Shown piece after piece: positions 42,977-52,629 of a DNA stretch of 64,000 nt (the stretch's first letter is position 1; every line of letters begins with the position of its first letter). The notes beneath the pieces were generated by a model, which searched no databases, had not been told where the DNA came from, and saw nothing but the letters and a program-made list of their open reading frames with translations. The stretch is from Turneriella sp. (GTDB lineage: Bacteria; Spirochaetota; Leptospiria; Turneriellales; Turneriellaceae), in NCBI GenBank assembly GCA_046346945.1, contig JAXMHE010000001.1:280858-344857 (forward strand). The letters are read 5' to 3'. Both the position numbers and the translations under genes were made by a program.

Positions 42977-43867
42977 TCAGGGATCGTCGGCAACGCAGCG
43001 GAGATAATGCCAGCCATTGGGCAATCCAGACGGGTCCAAAGGTTGAGGATCGATGGTGCCAACCCCGGAATCATTAGCGCTTGAACCTAATACGCCAATT
43101 GCGGTATCATATTTTACCACCCACCAGCTTTCCAGATTTATTGTCCAAAAACGTGCAGCAGGTAGAGTATTGGGAAATAAGTTCGGATCCAAGGTCGGTG
43201 CAACCGAGCCAACGTTACACCTTTGGCCGACGGCATCGAAGCCAGCTGAGCAATATCTTGTCGCAATTGATTCTGCTGCAGTTGGAACCCTCCATGTTGT
43301 CTTGCCCGCATAACCACCCGACGGATTTGAATTCAGCGCATTGCAGGCATCGTAAATTGGTCCCGCAAATAGCGTTGTACCATTGAAACAATTACTTGGT
43401 ACTCCATCAGTACAATATTGATAATACTTCGGCATCCCCGTGCACGAGCCATCGTTAGCTTGTCCCTCCGCGCATTTTTTCCACAGGAGATTGCCAATCT
43501 TCACCGTGAGAACCGGATCCCATTTTGCATACACGGTCATATTGCCCGAAACGTTCGACGAAGCTGTAAACTGAGTGCCGCCGCCATTTTTCGCCGTGAA
43601 CCATCCGCCGAAGGTGACATGTGGTTTTGTCGGTGGCGTCGGTAGTGCATCGACTGTTATGGCAGGAGAATTCACGACTTTGAAATTTGGATTTGGATCA
43701 TTCATTGCAGATTGACCATCGAAGATGACAACAAAGGAACCTGATCCGGCAGATCCCGGGGCGGGTACGGTGCCACCACCGGCACTGCCAGAGCCACCGG
43801 TTTCACCGGGGCATGCGACTGCCAGTAAAGAGAGAAAGATAAGACTCAGATGCGTTTTGCGTATCAT
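42977..43867 (-). CDS. Lipoprotein with InlB B-repeat and DUF1566-like domain
   Basis: AVAC lipobox; PTKPHVTFGGWF...TVYAKW; LLWKKCAEGQ...WRVPT..E...LRCV. Confidence 0.8.
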   Translation of the reverse strand: MIRKTHLSLIFLSLLAVACPGETGGSGSAGGGTVPAPGSAGSGSFVVIFDGQSAMNDPNPNFKVVNSPAITVDALPTPPTKPHVTFGGWFTAKNGGGTQFTASSNVSGNMTVYAKWDPVLTVKIGNLLWKKCAEGQANDGSCTGMPKYYQYCTDGVPSNCFNGTTLFAGPIYDACNALNSNPSGGYAGKTTWRVPTAAESIATRYCSAGFDAVGQRCNVGSVAPTLDPNLFPNTLPAARFWTINLESWWVVKYDTAIGVLGSSANDSGVGTIDPQPLDPSGLPNGWHYLRCVADDP

Positions 43868-44073
43868 TGCTTGGGAGAGTCAAAAAAAGACACGCTGTAA
43901 ATCCTTTTTGGTGCATTGCACTAAACTATGCATATGGGTCTTAGTTTTGTGTTTGAACCAGTCACCTCAGCGATGCCTCATTCAACGGTCGCTGATTCCC
44001 TACTAGCGGATGTTGGATGTATGCCTGCGGAAAAAAGACTATGACAAAACAATAATTCTGCCGACGCCCAAAT

Positions 44074-44766
44074 ATGGTGAAACAGAAATTAGAATCGGCC
44101 TTCAGTGGCCTGTTACTGGTGGTCGCATGTGCTGCACTGAATGCCATCGACCCTGTCTATAAAAGTCCGGCAGACGCGCAAATGGCTGCAGAAGACCAGG
44201 CGCTCGACCAGCAGATTCAACAGACAATCTTAAAGATACAGAATTTACACGCACTCAAAAGCTTCAAATCGCTGCACATGTCTCCGCAGCAGACGCGCGT
44301 ACGCCTGAATAGTAATGGCGAATGCCTCGAAGTGGATGCGCATGCTGACAACCACCAGATGCCATTGGTCAAATCTGCGCCGATCGATTACAAATTACAG
44401 AATATTCATGTCTGCTTCGCCAACGATAAATTGACCCGCATTGAATCTGCCTTCACCACCATCTCACAGGTGAAGCGCGAAAAGAGCGTTAACAGTTTCG
44501 TGCATAAAGAGCCCGCAACAACCGCGGTGAATGAAATTGTTCTGACCGGCTCATTCAATGAAATCAAGAAAGACAACCTGAAAGTTGGTGACCTGCAGAA
44601 CTCATACGTCAATCCGATGCGTATTTCATTCAAAAAGGATTATTACCTGCCACACCTGAAAAACACCGCATACATTCTGCAACGCACGTTTGACATGCAC
44701 CGCCACGAAGCGATCAAGGCGAATACAAGGACAGTAAACCAGTACCTGAACTACACTGAACAGTGA
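44074..44766 (+). CDS. Exported hypothetical protein
   Basis: Signal peptide, long open frame. Confidence 0.65.
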   Translation: MVKQKLESAFSGLLLVVACAALNAIDPVYKSPADAQMAAEDQALDQQIQQTILKIQNLHALKSFKSLHMSPQQTRVRLNSNGECLEVDAHADNHQMPLVKSAPIDYKLQNIHVCFANDKLTRIESAFTTISQVKREKSVNSFVHKEPATTAVNEIVLTGSFNEIKKDNLKVGDLQNSYVNPMRISFKKDYYLPHLKNTAYILQRTFDMHRHEAIKANTRTVNQYLNYTEQ

Positions 44767-44767
44767 T

Positions 44768-44812
44768 ACGCATAAGACTAGCACGCGCTTCGCGCGTGCT
44801 AGTCTTATGCGT
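44768..44812. terminator. 21-bp perfect hairpin
   Basis: ACGCATAAGACTAGCACGCGC-TTC-GCGCGTGCTAGTCTTATGCGT, 1 nt after the stop codon. Confidence 0.7.
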
Positions 44813-44861
44813 CCCTCAAAATTCTTGACCCGGCGTAAGCCGGCTCACTAAGCAATCCCCC

Positions 44862-46049
44862 ATGGAATCATATCTGCTCGATTGGCTGCAGCTCGGTGTG
44901 CGCTGGTTGCACATGATTGCGGGCATCGCCTGGATCGGAGCGTCGTTCTACTTTGTTTGGCTGAATAACAACGTTCGTAAGCCAGAAGACCCCAATGCTC
45001 CCGATGGAGAAAAAGATGGCGAAGTCCATGCAATCCACGGCGGCGGATTTTACCGTGTGCAGCGCTATGCGCTCGCCCCCAAAGAACTGCCGCGCGATCT
45101 GCACTGGTTCAAATGGGAGGCCTACACCACCTGGCTCTCGGGCATATCGCTCTTAATTCTGGTGTATTATCTGAACCCGCAGGTCTACCTCGTCGACAAG
45201 GGTGTGGCAAATCTCGAAAGCTGGGTTGCAATCACGATCGGTGCAGGCTTTCTCGTCGCGGGATGGATTGTGTACGATCTGCTACAGCGCTCGCCGCTGG
45301 GGCGCAACCAGCTCGCATTTGGCTCGGTTTTCTTCGCGCTTGTCATCGCCGCGAGCTGGTACCTGTGTCACACTTTCGGAGGCCGCGCTGCATATCTGCA
45401 CATCGGTGCAATGCTCGGCACGATCATGGTGGGCAATGTCTTCTTCACCATCATACCTTCGCAGCGAGAACTCGTGCTGGCAAAAGAGCAGGGACGCGCT
45501 CCCGAGAAGAAGATGGCAGAAGCAGCGAAGAACCGCTCGCTGCATAACAACTACATCACGCTACCGGTGCTGTTCATCATGATCAGCAACCACTACCCGA
45601 TGACGTTTTCGCATGAATACAACTGGGCGATTCTGGGCGCCATCTCTCTCGGCGGGGCCCTGATTCGCCACTGGTTCAACCTGAGAGGCCAGGGCAAATC
45701 GGCGCCCTGGTTGTGGGTTGTGAGCGCCTTGGTCTTCATTGCGGTCATTGTACTGACCGCACCGAAGAAGCGCGATCTCGGCCCGGCAGTATCGTTCAAG
45801 GAAGTTAACGCGGTGGTGCAAAAACACTGCGTGGGCTGCCACGCAGAAAAACCGACGGATGCTGTGTTCAAGATCGCGCCCAACGGCGTGAAATACGATA
45901 CACCGCAGCAGATCAGCGCAATGGCCTCCAAGATCAAACAAAGGGCCGTTGAAACGACTTCAATGCCCTTCGGGAACAAAACGAACATGACCAAAGAAGA
46001 ACGCGACCTGCTCGGCAGGTGGATCGACCAGGGGGCGAAAGTTGACTAA
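44862..46049 (+). CDS. puuD: Membrane urate hydroxylase PuuD with C-terminal cytochrome c
   Basis: RWLHMIAGIAWIGASFYF, HGGGFY, LHWFKWEAYTTWLSG, RSLHNNY.TLPV.F.MISNHY, CVGCH. Confidence 0.93.
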   Translation: MESYLLDWLQLGVRWLHMIAGIAWIGASFYFVWLNNNVRKPEDPNAPDGEKDGEVHAIHGGGFYRVQRYALAPKELPRDLHWFKWEAYTTWLSGISLLILVYYLNPQVYLVDKGVANLESWVAITIGAGFLVAGWIVYDLLQRSPLGRNQLAFGSVFFALVIAASWYLCHTFGGRAAYLHIGAMLGTIMVGNVFFTIIPSQRELVLAKEQGRAPEKKMAEAAKNRSLHNNYITLPVLFIMISNHYPMTFSHEYNWAILGAISLGGALIRHWFNLRGQGKSAPWLWVVSALVFIAVIVLTAPKKRDLGPAVSFKEVNAVVQKHCVGCHAEKPTDAVFKIAPNGVKYDTPQQISAMASKIKQRAVETTSMPFGNKTNMTKEERDLLGRWIDQGAKVD

Positions 46050-46088
46050 CTATCACAAGCTCTCCCTTCGGGAGAGCTTGTGATAGTT
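46048..46088 (+). promoter_or_regulatory. 19-bp hairpin sequestering the allB RBS and GTG start
   Basis: AACTATCACAAGCTCTCCC-TTC-GGGAGAGCTTGTGATAGTT. Confidence 0.7.
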
Positions 46089-47429
46089 TTTCGAAGCAAT
46101 CGCGTCGTTTTCCCCAACGGGGTCAGACCTGCGTCTGTACTCATCGACGCGGAGAAAATTCACGAAATACTTCCCTACGACGCAAGCATCGGTTCGTCTG
46201 ACATCCGCCTCATTGACTATGGCGATCTCGCGCTGATGCCCGGTGTGGTCGATACGCACGTGCATATCAACGAACCCGGCCGCACTGAGTGGGAGGGTTT
46301 TTCGACCGCCACTGCCGCCGCCGCAAAGGGTGGCATCACCACGCTCGTCGACATGCCGCTTAACTGCGACCCGGTAACGACGACCGTCGCTGCACTACAA
46401 AGCAAGATCAGGGCGTGCACGAACTTGCTGCACGTCGACTGCGGATTTTACGGTGGCGTCATACCCGGAAACCTGGGGGATCTTGAGCCACTGATCGACG
46501 CGGGTGTGCTTGGTTTCAAAAGTTTTCTGATCCATTCTGGCATCCATGAATTCCCTAGCGTGGCCGAGGCAGATATTCGCAAGGCAATACCGATTTTGAA
46601 GAAGAAGGGTGGTGTGCCGTATTTGATGCACGCAGAACTCGAATCACCTGTTCTGACTGGTAGCTCTACTGCCAGCCAGAACAGGTTATATGCTACGTAC
46701 CTCGCCTCGCGCCCTCGCCGCTGGGAGAACGATGCGGTGGAACTTATGGCGCGGCTTGCCGGTGAAACAGGTGCGCACCTGCACGTTGTGCACCTGTCAT
46801 CGAGCGATGCGCTCGAGACCCTCGATCTGGCGCGGCGGCGTAACATACCTCTCAGCGTTGAAACCTGTCATCATTACCTGACATACTGCTCTGAAGAAAT
46901 TCCCGACGGGCATACCGAATACAAGTGCGCGCCGCCGATTCGCGAGCGCGAGAACCGCGAGAAACTCTGGCAGGCGATTCGCAATGGCGTGATCGATTTT
47001 GCGGTATCTGACCACTCGCCTTGCACACCTGCCCTCAAAGAACGCGGCAGCGGCGATTTTATGAAGGCGTGGGGCGGCATTGCAGGCTTGCAATTCAGTC
47101 TTTCAGTTTTTTTCACAGGCGCCCAGGCGCGCGGTTTTGATCTTGCACGGGTGAGCCATACACTGTCTGCGGCACCGGCAAAATTTGTCGGATTAGCAAA
47201 TAAGGGAAGCCTAGCACCCGGAATGGATGCTGACCTCGTGGTTTTTGATACAGAGGCCCGGTTTCGGGTAGAGCCCGCGATGATTGCACACCGGCATGAT
47301 GTTTCGCCCTATGTGGGCATGGAGCTCACCGGGCTGGTCAAAGAAACCTGGCTGCGCGGTAAGCAGATCTATGGGCAAAACATCGCAATGGCACCCAGCG
47401 GCCGGGCTATTCTGCGACAGCGACATTAA
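46080..47429 (+). CDS. allB: Allantoinase
   Basis: PGVVDTHVHINEPGRTEWEGF, GGITTLVDMPLN, ETCHHYL, KCAPPIR, SDHSPC, AWGGI. Confidence 0.95.
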   Translation: MIVFRSNRVVFPNGVRPASVLIDAEKIHEILPYDASIGSSDIRLIDYGDLALMPGVVDTHVHINEPGRTEWEGFSTATAAAAKGGITTLVDMPLNCDPVTTTVAALQSKIRACTNLLHVDCGFYGGVIPGNLGDLEPLIDAGVLGFKSFLIHSGIHEFPSVAEADIRKAIPILKKKGGVPYLMHAELESPVLTGSSTASQNRLYATYLASRPRRWENDAVELMARLAGETGAHLHVVHLSSSDALETLDLARRRNIPLSVETCHHYLTYCSEEIPDGHTEYKCAPPIRERENREKLWQAIRNGVIDFAVSDHSPCTPALKERGSGDFMKAWGGIAGLQFSLSVFFTGAQARGFDLARVSHTLSAAPAKFVGLANKGSLAPGMDADLVVFDTEARFRVEPAMIAHRHDVSPYVGMELTGLVKETWLRGKQIYGQNIAMAPSGRAILRQRH

Positions 47430-47488
47430 TCCCCACCCCTAAAGGTTCGATTCGCGCGAGCAAAAGGCTTGTCACGCACAGTTAATAA

Positions 47489-47518
47489 ATGACTATAGTC
47501 ACAAATGACTGCAGTCAT
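47489..47518 (+). promoter_or_regulatory. Tandem palindromic TetR operators
   Basis: TGACTATAGTCA (47490-47501) and ATGACTGCAGTCAT (47505-47518, over the start codon). Confidence 0.75.
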
Positions 47519-48167
47519 AAAAAACCAACAGAAGGGCGCCAGTAAATCCAGCCGGGGTGGCCTGCGCGAGCGTGCGAAGCTCGACAAGCAGCGGAAAATT
47601 CTCGCGGCAGCAGAAGCGTTGTTTCGGGAGAAAGGTTTTGAAGCCACGACGACGCGCGAAGTTTCAGAACGCGCGGGCATTGCCGCCGGCACATTGTTTC
47701 TTTATGTCAAAGATAAGGTAGAACTGTTGCTGTGGGTTTATAGCCAGAAAATCCGCGCGACCTTAACCGAGATAGAAAAGAAATTCGGGGCCAAGCAGGC
47801 TGGCGCACAGAGGCCAGCAAAAGAGGTTTGGGAGAGCGAAGCTATAGAGTTCTTTCAACCCTTCTTCAAACTCTACGCAAGAGACCCGGCGACGGCGCGG
47901 GAATTTGTCAAACAGCAGATGTTTGCCGCAAATGCAGGCGAAGCGCGAGAAAGAAATGATTTTCTCGTATTGATTGTCCGTTGGCTTGAACGGGGTAAAT
48001 CCGCCGGAATCGTGTGTGACAGCACCCACAGCCTAACTGTTGCAGCAACGCTGTTTGCGGTCTATTTTTTACACCTGGGCGGCTGGTTACTGAAGGGCGG
48101 CGACAGTGCGCCCGCAATCAAAGCATTACAATCTCATATCACTACTGTGCTAAGAGGAGTGTATTAA
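47505..48167 (+). CDS. TetR/AcrR family regulator
   Basis: ILAAAEALFREKGFEATTTREVSERAGIAAGTLFLYVKDK. Confidence 0.93.
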   Translation: MTAVIKNQQKGASKSSRGGLRERAKLDKQRKILAAAEALFREKGFEATTTREVSERAGIAAGTLFLYVKDKVELLLWVYSQKIRATLTEIEKKFGAKQAGAQRPAKEVWESEAIEFFQPFFKLYARDPATAREFVKQQMFAANAGEARERNDFLVLIVRWLERGKSAGIVCDSTHSLTVAATLFAVYFLHLGGWLLKGGDSAPAIKALQSHITTVLRGVY

Positions 48168-49319
48168 ATGGAACAGAAAAAGTTTCTGATTATCGGCGCC
48201 GGTATCGGCGGTCTGTCGGTTGCAGCGGCTCTGCGTAAGGCAGGCCACACGTTTGAAATTTTCGAAGCAGCGCCTGCCATGCGCCACGGCGGAGCCGGCA
48301 TTGCAGTCTGGGCGAATGCGCTGCATGCATTGCGTGCGCTCGGCATGGAGTCGCTTCCTGATTGTTTTCAGGTCGGTCATAGCCCGGTGGCGATCAGAAC
48401 CTCGCGCGGCGAAATACTCATGCAAGCCGACACCAGCGAACTCGCGGCACGCTATGGCGCGCTCAGCGCAGTCGTGCACCGTGAAGATCTGCATGCGGTG
48501 CTGTGGCAATTGGCTGGCAAACCAGAAATTTTGACCGGCAAAAAAATCGAGAGCTATGAGAACCTGACTCACGGCCCGCACCACCAGGTCTGCGCGATTT
48601 TCGCCGACGGCACTCAGGCCGAGGGCGATGCACTTGTCGGCTGCGATGGCGCGGGTTCACAGGTACGCAAAACCATGCTGGGTGACCAGCCGCCGCGTTA
48701 TGCGGGTTATACTGCATGGCGGGGTATCGCGCACCTGCGCCTGACAGACCCGACTCCCGGCGAGACCTGGGGGCAAGGCCAGCGCTTTGGGTTTTTCCCG
48801 TTGCACGATGAGCGCGCTTATTGGTTCGCGACAAGAAACTGCCCGGCGAATAGCCAGTTTCCGGGACAGATGAAAGAAAACTTACTACAGTGGTTCCGCG
48901 GCTGGCATGATCCGGTTGTTGCTTTGATTGAAAATACTGCCGACGCCGAACTATTGCGCAACGATATCTATGACCGCGACCCGGTGAGCAATTGGTGTGA
49001 CGGCAATGTTATCATTCTGGGTGACGCGGCGCATCCGACCACCCCAAACCTCGGACAGGGCGGATGTATGGCGATCGAAGATGCCGTTGCATTGCGCAAG
49101 GCTCTTTCCGCTCACAACGACATTGCGGCCGCATTTGCAGCATGCAACGCAGCACGGCGTAAGCGCACGGCTGAACTGGTGCGCAAAGCCCGCCGCATCG
49201 GGGCTGTCGGTCAATGGTCTTTTAAACCGGCGGTCGCGCTGCGCAATTTTCTGCTAAGGCACCTGAGCCAGAAGGCCCAACTGCGCGAACTGGATGCCGT
49301 GATAGGATATCGTGTTTGA
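48168..49319 (+). CDS. FAD-dependent monooxygenase (salicylate hydroxylase/HpxO-like class A)
   Basis: IIGAGIGG, GCDG..S.VR, LGDAAHPTTPNLGQGGCMAIEDA. Confidence 0.9.
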   Translation: MEQKKFLIIGAGIGGLSVAAALRKAGHTFEIFEAAPAMRHGGAGIAVWANALHALRALGMESLPDCFQVGHSPVAIRTSRGEILMQADTSELAARYGALSAVVHREDLHAVLWQLAGKPEILTGKKIESYENLTHGPHHQVCAIFADGTQAEGDALVGCDGAGSQVRKTMLGDQPPRYAGYTAWRGIAHLRLTDPTPGETWGQGQRFGFFPLHDERAYWFATRNCPANSQFPGQMKENLLQWFRGWHDPVVALIENTADAELLRNDIYDRDPVSNWCDGNVIILGDAAHPTTPNLGQGGCMAIEDAVALRKALSAHNDIAAAFAACNAARRKRTAELVRKARRIGAVGQWSFKPAVALRNFLLRHLSQKAQLRELDAVIGYRV

Positions 49320-49441
49320 TCCGGTTTACGTTCCTGCCGGAGTTTTTTTACGAGGCTAAATTTTGAACATTGTCTCAGCCTAATCAGGCGCAGCGCACAA
49401 AAATCGTTTGCCCGATTGAGTAGGGCAAGCCAGGAACGTCC

Positions 49442-51316
49442 ATGCTGCGCTTATCGCCTCTGGCACTAATTTTTTTGGTGCTCAGTTTTTCTGCATGTAA
49501 AGAGACTCCACCTGCTTACAAAGTTCAGGATAATTTAACCCCAACTACGGGACCGACCGGTACGCCCATCGTGCCAGGCATCGCCGGCGGGCAAATTGCT
49601 GCGCCCGATATTCCATCCGCGCCAGCAACCGAAGCGCCCCACCACCCGACGGCAGTCGATGATGCACCAACATTTTACGAAAAAATCGGGACGACACAAA
49701 CCGAAGTGCAGAAGATCGCGGTGCAGCAGGCAGCACAACCAATCACACTGAATTTCACCACGTCTGTCGTGGCGCAAACAGTGCAGACAAATAACGTCAC
49801 CGGTACCATGTGGGACATCACGGGCAATTTTGTGCCGGGCTTTCTCTGGGGTGTGGCTGTCGCCGCACACCAGGTCGAAGGCTACAACACGAACAGCGAC
49901 TGGTGGATGTTCGAAACTTTCTGCAATGGCTTCTGGGAGGCGATCAGCACGTGCTTTCCGAAATTTATCCGGGACTCAGGGCGCGCTTCTGATCATTACA
50001 ACCTGTTTGCTGACAGCGATCTTGACAAGGCGCGCGATCTGGGTTCGAACACGTACCGCATGAGCATTGAATGGTCGCGCATCGAACCGCAGAACGGCGT
50101 CTACTCAGCAAGCGCAACGCAGTATTACCGCGACTACCTGACCAAGGTGCGTGCGCGCGGCATGAAGCCGATGGTGACATTGTGGCACTTCACGCTGCCG
50201 CAGTGGGCGCAGAAGCCCGGTGTAACCTACGACATCTTCGGTCGCCACGATAATATGGATCAATCGCTCGGCGGTTGGCAGAACCCTGTCATGGTGCAGA
50301 AGTTCGCGAACTTCGCAAAATACTGCGCGCAGCATTTCGGTGACCTGGTCGATATCTGGGTCACACACAACGAACCCGTCGGCAACATCATGGTCGGTTA
50401 CATGGCGGGCTTTTTTCCGCCGGGTTACCTGCTCAACTTCAACGGTACGAAGGCCGCTCTGTTGAATCTCACCCGTGCGCACAATGCCGCGTATGACATG
50501 ATTCACCAGTACGATGTCACCTCGGCAAACCCAGGCCCGGCGGCGCAGGTGGGGCTCGTGCAGCACTTCCGCTACTTCAGGCCGAACAACCCGAACGACG
50601 CAGACGACATGAATGCGTTCAAAAAGCTCGATTACTTTTACCACTACCACATGCTCGATGGCGTGACCTCTGGGCGTATCGACACCAATTGGGATGGCTC
50701 GGGTGATGAAATCGTCTCCGGCAGTTCAAAACTCGATTTTGTCGGCGTGAACTATTATTCGACATACATGGTCGGCCCCAAATACGCAGCGAACCTGCCA
50801 TTCTTTCTGGCAAAGGCCTACCCTGAACTCGGCTACACGCCTTACATACCCGACAATAATTCGTCCAGCGTACCACACAACTCTTTGGGCTGGGAGATAT
50901 ATCCTGCTGGCTTCTATGATACGCTGATGAAGGTGAAGAATCGCTACCATCTGCCGATCATGATCACCGAAAATGGCATGGCCGATTCTGACGGTAGCAC
51001 CAATAAGCGCGCGCAGTACATTATCTCACACCTGCAGATGGCGCTCAAGGCATACCGCGACGGGGCTGATATTCGCGGATATTACCTGTGGACACTCACC
51101 GACAACTTCGAATGGCGCGAGGCATTCCGCAATGAAGCGCACTTTGGCCTCTACCATGTGAACACCAATGGACGCGACGTCGCCGAGACGGGTGACTCGC
51201 TCGCACGTTCACCGACAGCGGCAGTTGCAGCATTCCGTGCAATTGTGACAAACAATGGCATTTCACAGTTGCATATCAATACGTATGGAAGTTTTCCGCA
51301 GTTGCCAAGGCCTTAG
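49442..51316 (+). CDS. Glycoside hydrolase family 1 lipoprotein
   Basis: FSAC lipobox, Pro/Thr linker, FLWGVAVAAHQVEG, THNEP, ITENG, DNFEW. Confidence 0.92.
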   Translation: MLRLSPLALIFLVLSFSACKETPPAYKVQDNLTPTTGPTGTPIVPGIAGGQIAAPDIPSAPATEAPHHPTAVDDAPTFYEKIGTTQTEVQKIAVQQAAQPITLNFTTSVVAQTVQTNNVTGTMWDITGNFVPGFLWGVAVAAHQVEGYNTNSDWWMFETFCNGFWEAISTCFPKFIRDSGRASDHYNLFADSDLDKARDLGSNTYRMSIEWSRIEPQNGVYSASATQYYRDYLTKVRARGMKPMVTLWHFTLPQWAQKPGVTYDIFGRHDNMDQSLGGWQNPVMVQKFANFAKYCAQHFGDLVDIWVTHNEPVGNIMVGYMAGFFPPGYLLNFNGTKAALLNLTRAHNAAYDMIHQYDVTSANPGPAAQVGLVQHFRYFRPNNPNDADDMNAFKKLDYFYHYHMLDGVTSGRIDTNWDGSGDEIVSGSSKLDFVGVNYYSTYMVGPKYAANLPFFLAKAYPELGYTPYIPDNNSSSVPHNSLGWEIYPAGFYDTLMKVKNRYHLPIMITENGMADSDGSTNKRAQYIISHLQMALKAYRDGADIRGYYLWTLTDNFEWREAFRNEAHFGLYHVNTNGRDVAETGDSLARSPTAAVAAFRAIVTNNGISQLHINTYGSFPQLPRP

Positions 51317-51325
51317 CGCATAGCT

Positions 51326-51355
51326 GTCTAATGGCCGCTCGGCCGGCCATTAGAC
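51326..51355. terminator. 12-bp hairpin after the GH1 gene
   Basis: GTCTAATGGCCG-CTCGGC-CGGCCATTAGAC. Confidence 0.6.
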
Positions 51356-51405
51356 TCAGTTGATTGACGCGCAGTACGCGCACACTCACCCATGCCAGTT
51401 ACAAT

Positions 51406-52617
51406 ATGAACTATTCTGAACTATCTGCGCAGTGCCTGGCGCGCGCCGAAGAACTTGCACAATGCACCGAAGTTCCGGGCATTCTTAAACGGACTTTCAT
51501 GTCTGACGCCATGCGCGATGCCCACGCAAAGGTGCGCAGCTATATGGAATCGGCCGGCATGGAGGTGCGCATCGATGCACTCGGCAACCTGATTGGCCGC
51601 CTGCCCGGCAAAGGGCCTAAGATTTTTCTCTCCGGCAGCCACCTCGATACGGTGCCCGATGCGGGCAAATATGACGGCATGCTTGGTGTGCTGATCGGCA
51701 TCGCAGCCGCGCAGGCGATCGGCAAAGACAAGTTGGATTTTCATTTCGACACTATCGGCTTTAGTGACGAAGAAGGCGTGCGTTACAAAATGCCATATCT
51801 CGGTTCGCTGGCGATTGCTGGTTTGTTTAAAGAAGAATACCTAACACGTGTAGATGAAAAAGGGATTGCGATGGCAGACGCCATCAAAAACTTCGGCCTC
51901 AATTCTGCGGATTTCAAAAGTGCTGCATACAATTTCTCTGAGGTTGCAGGTTTTGCCGAAGTACACATCGAGCAAGGGCCAGTACTTGAAGCCCAGAATC
52001 TGGGGCTCGGTGCAGTGACAGGCCTCGTTGGCCAGTCGCGCATCAAACTTTTCTACCGAGGCTTAGCGAGCCATGCGGGAACCACGCCGATGGAAGGTCG
52101 GCTTGATGCGTTCGCGGCGCTTGCCGAATTGTCTGTCTTCGTCGAAAAATATGCGCACTCTATTCCGCATCTGGTCGCCACGATCGGCATGGCGCAGGTT
52201 CGGCCAGGTGGCGCCAATGTTATACCTGGCGAAGTCTATTTCAGTTTAGATATCCGCCATGGCGAGCAGGCGGTACTCGACGAGGCCACATCGGTCATTC
52301 TCGCTCAGGCAGAGTTCATTGCAAGGCACCGCAATCTACAATTAGAGATTGAAACCAAAGAGGCGCAGGCAGTCGTGAAGTGTGATGCCGCCCTCGTAGA
52401 CAAAATGGCCGCAGCTATGGAAAAACATAGCCATGGCAATTTCAGGCTCGCCAGCGGGGCGGGTCACGATACGGCAATCTTATCTAAAGTAACACCGACT
52501 GCAATGCTGTTCATCCGCAGCCCGGGCGGTATTAGCCACAACCCGATTGAGACCGTGAAGGTAGAAGACGTCGCGGCGGCGATTGAGGCATTTGTCACAT
52601 TTCTGAAAGCTTTGTAG
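51406..52617 (+). CDS. allC: Allantoate amidohydrolase (M20 family)
   Basis: GSHLDTVPDAGKYDG, DEEGVRY, HIEQGPVLE, HAGTTPM, SGAGHD, GISHNP; purine-catabolism context. Confidence 0.85.
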   Translation: MNYSELSAQCLARAEELAQCTEVPGILKRTFMSDAMRDAHAKVRSYMESAGMEVRIDALGNLIGRLPGKGPKIFLSGSHLDTVPDAGKYDGMLGVLIGIAAAQAIGKDKLDFHFDTIGFSDEEGVRYKMPYLGSLAIAGLFKEEYLTRVDEKGIAMADAIKNFGLNSADFKSAAYNFSEVAGFAEVHIEQGPVLEAQNLGLGAVTGLVGQSRIKLFYRGLASHAGTTPMEGRLDAFAALAELSVFVEKYAHSIPHLVATIGMAQVRPGGANVIPGEVYFSLDIRHGEQAVLDEATSVILAQAEFIARHRNLQLEIETKEAQAVVKCDAALVDKMAAAMEKHSHGNFRLASGAGHDTAILSKVTPTAMLFIRSPGGISHNPIETVKVEDVAAAIEAFVTFLKAL

Positions 52618-52629
52618 GAGATTGAATCC

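Noticed and set aside
47440-47460. GGTTCGATTC, a tRNA T-loop-like string
   Set aside because: The flanks do not pair as a T-stem and there is no room for a cloverleaf.
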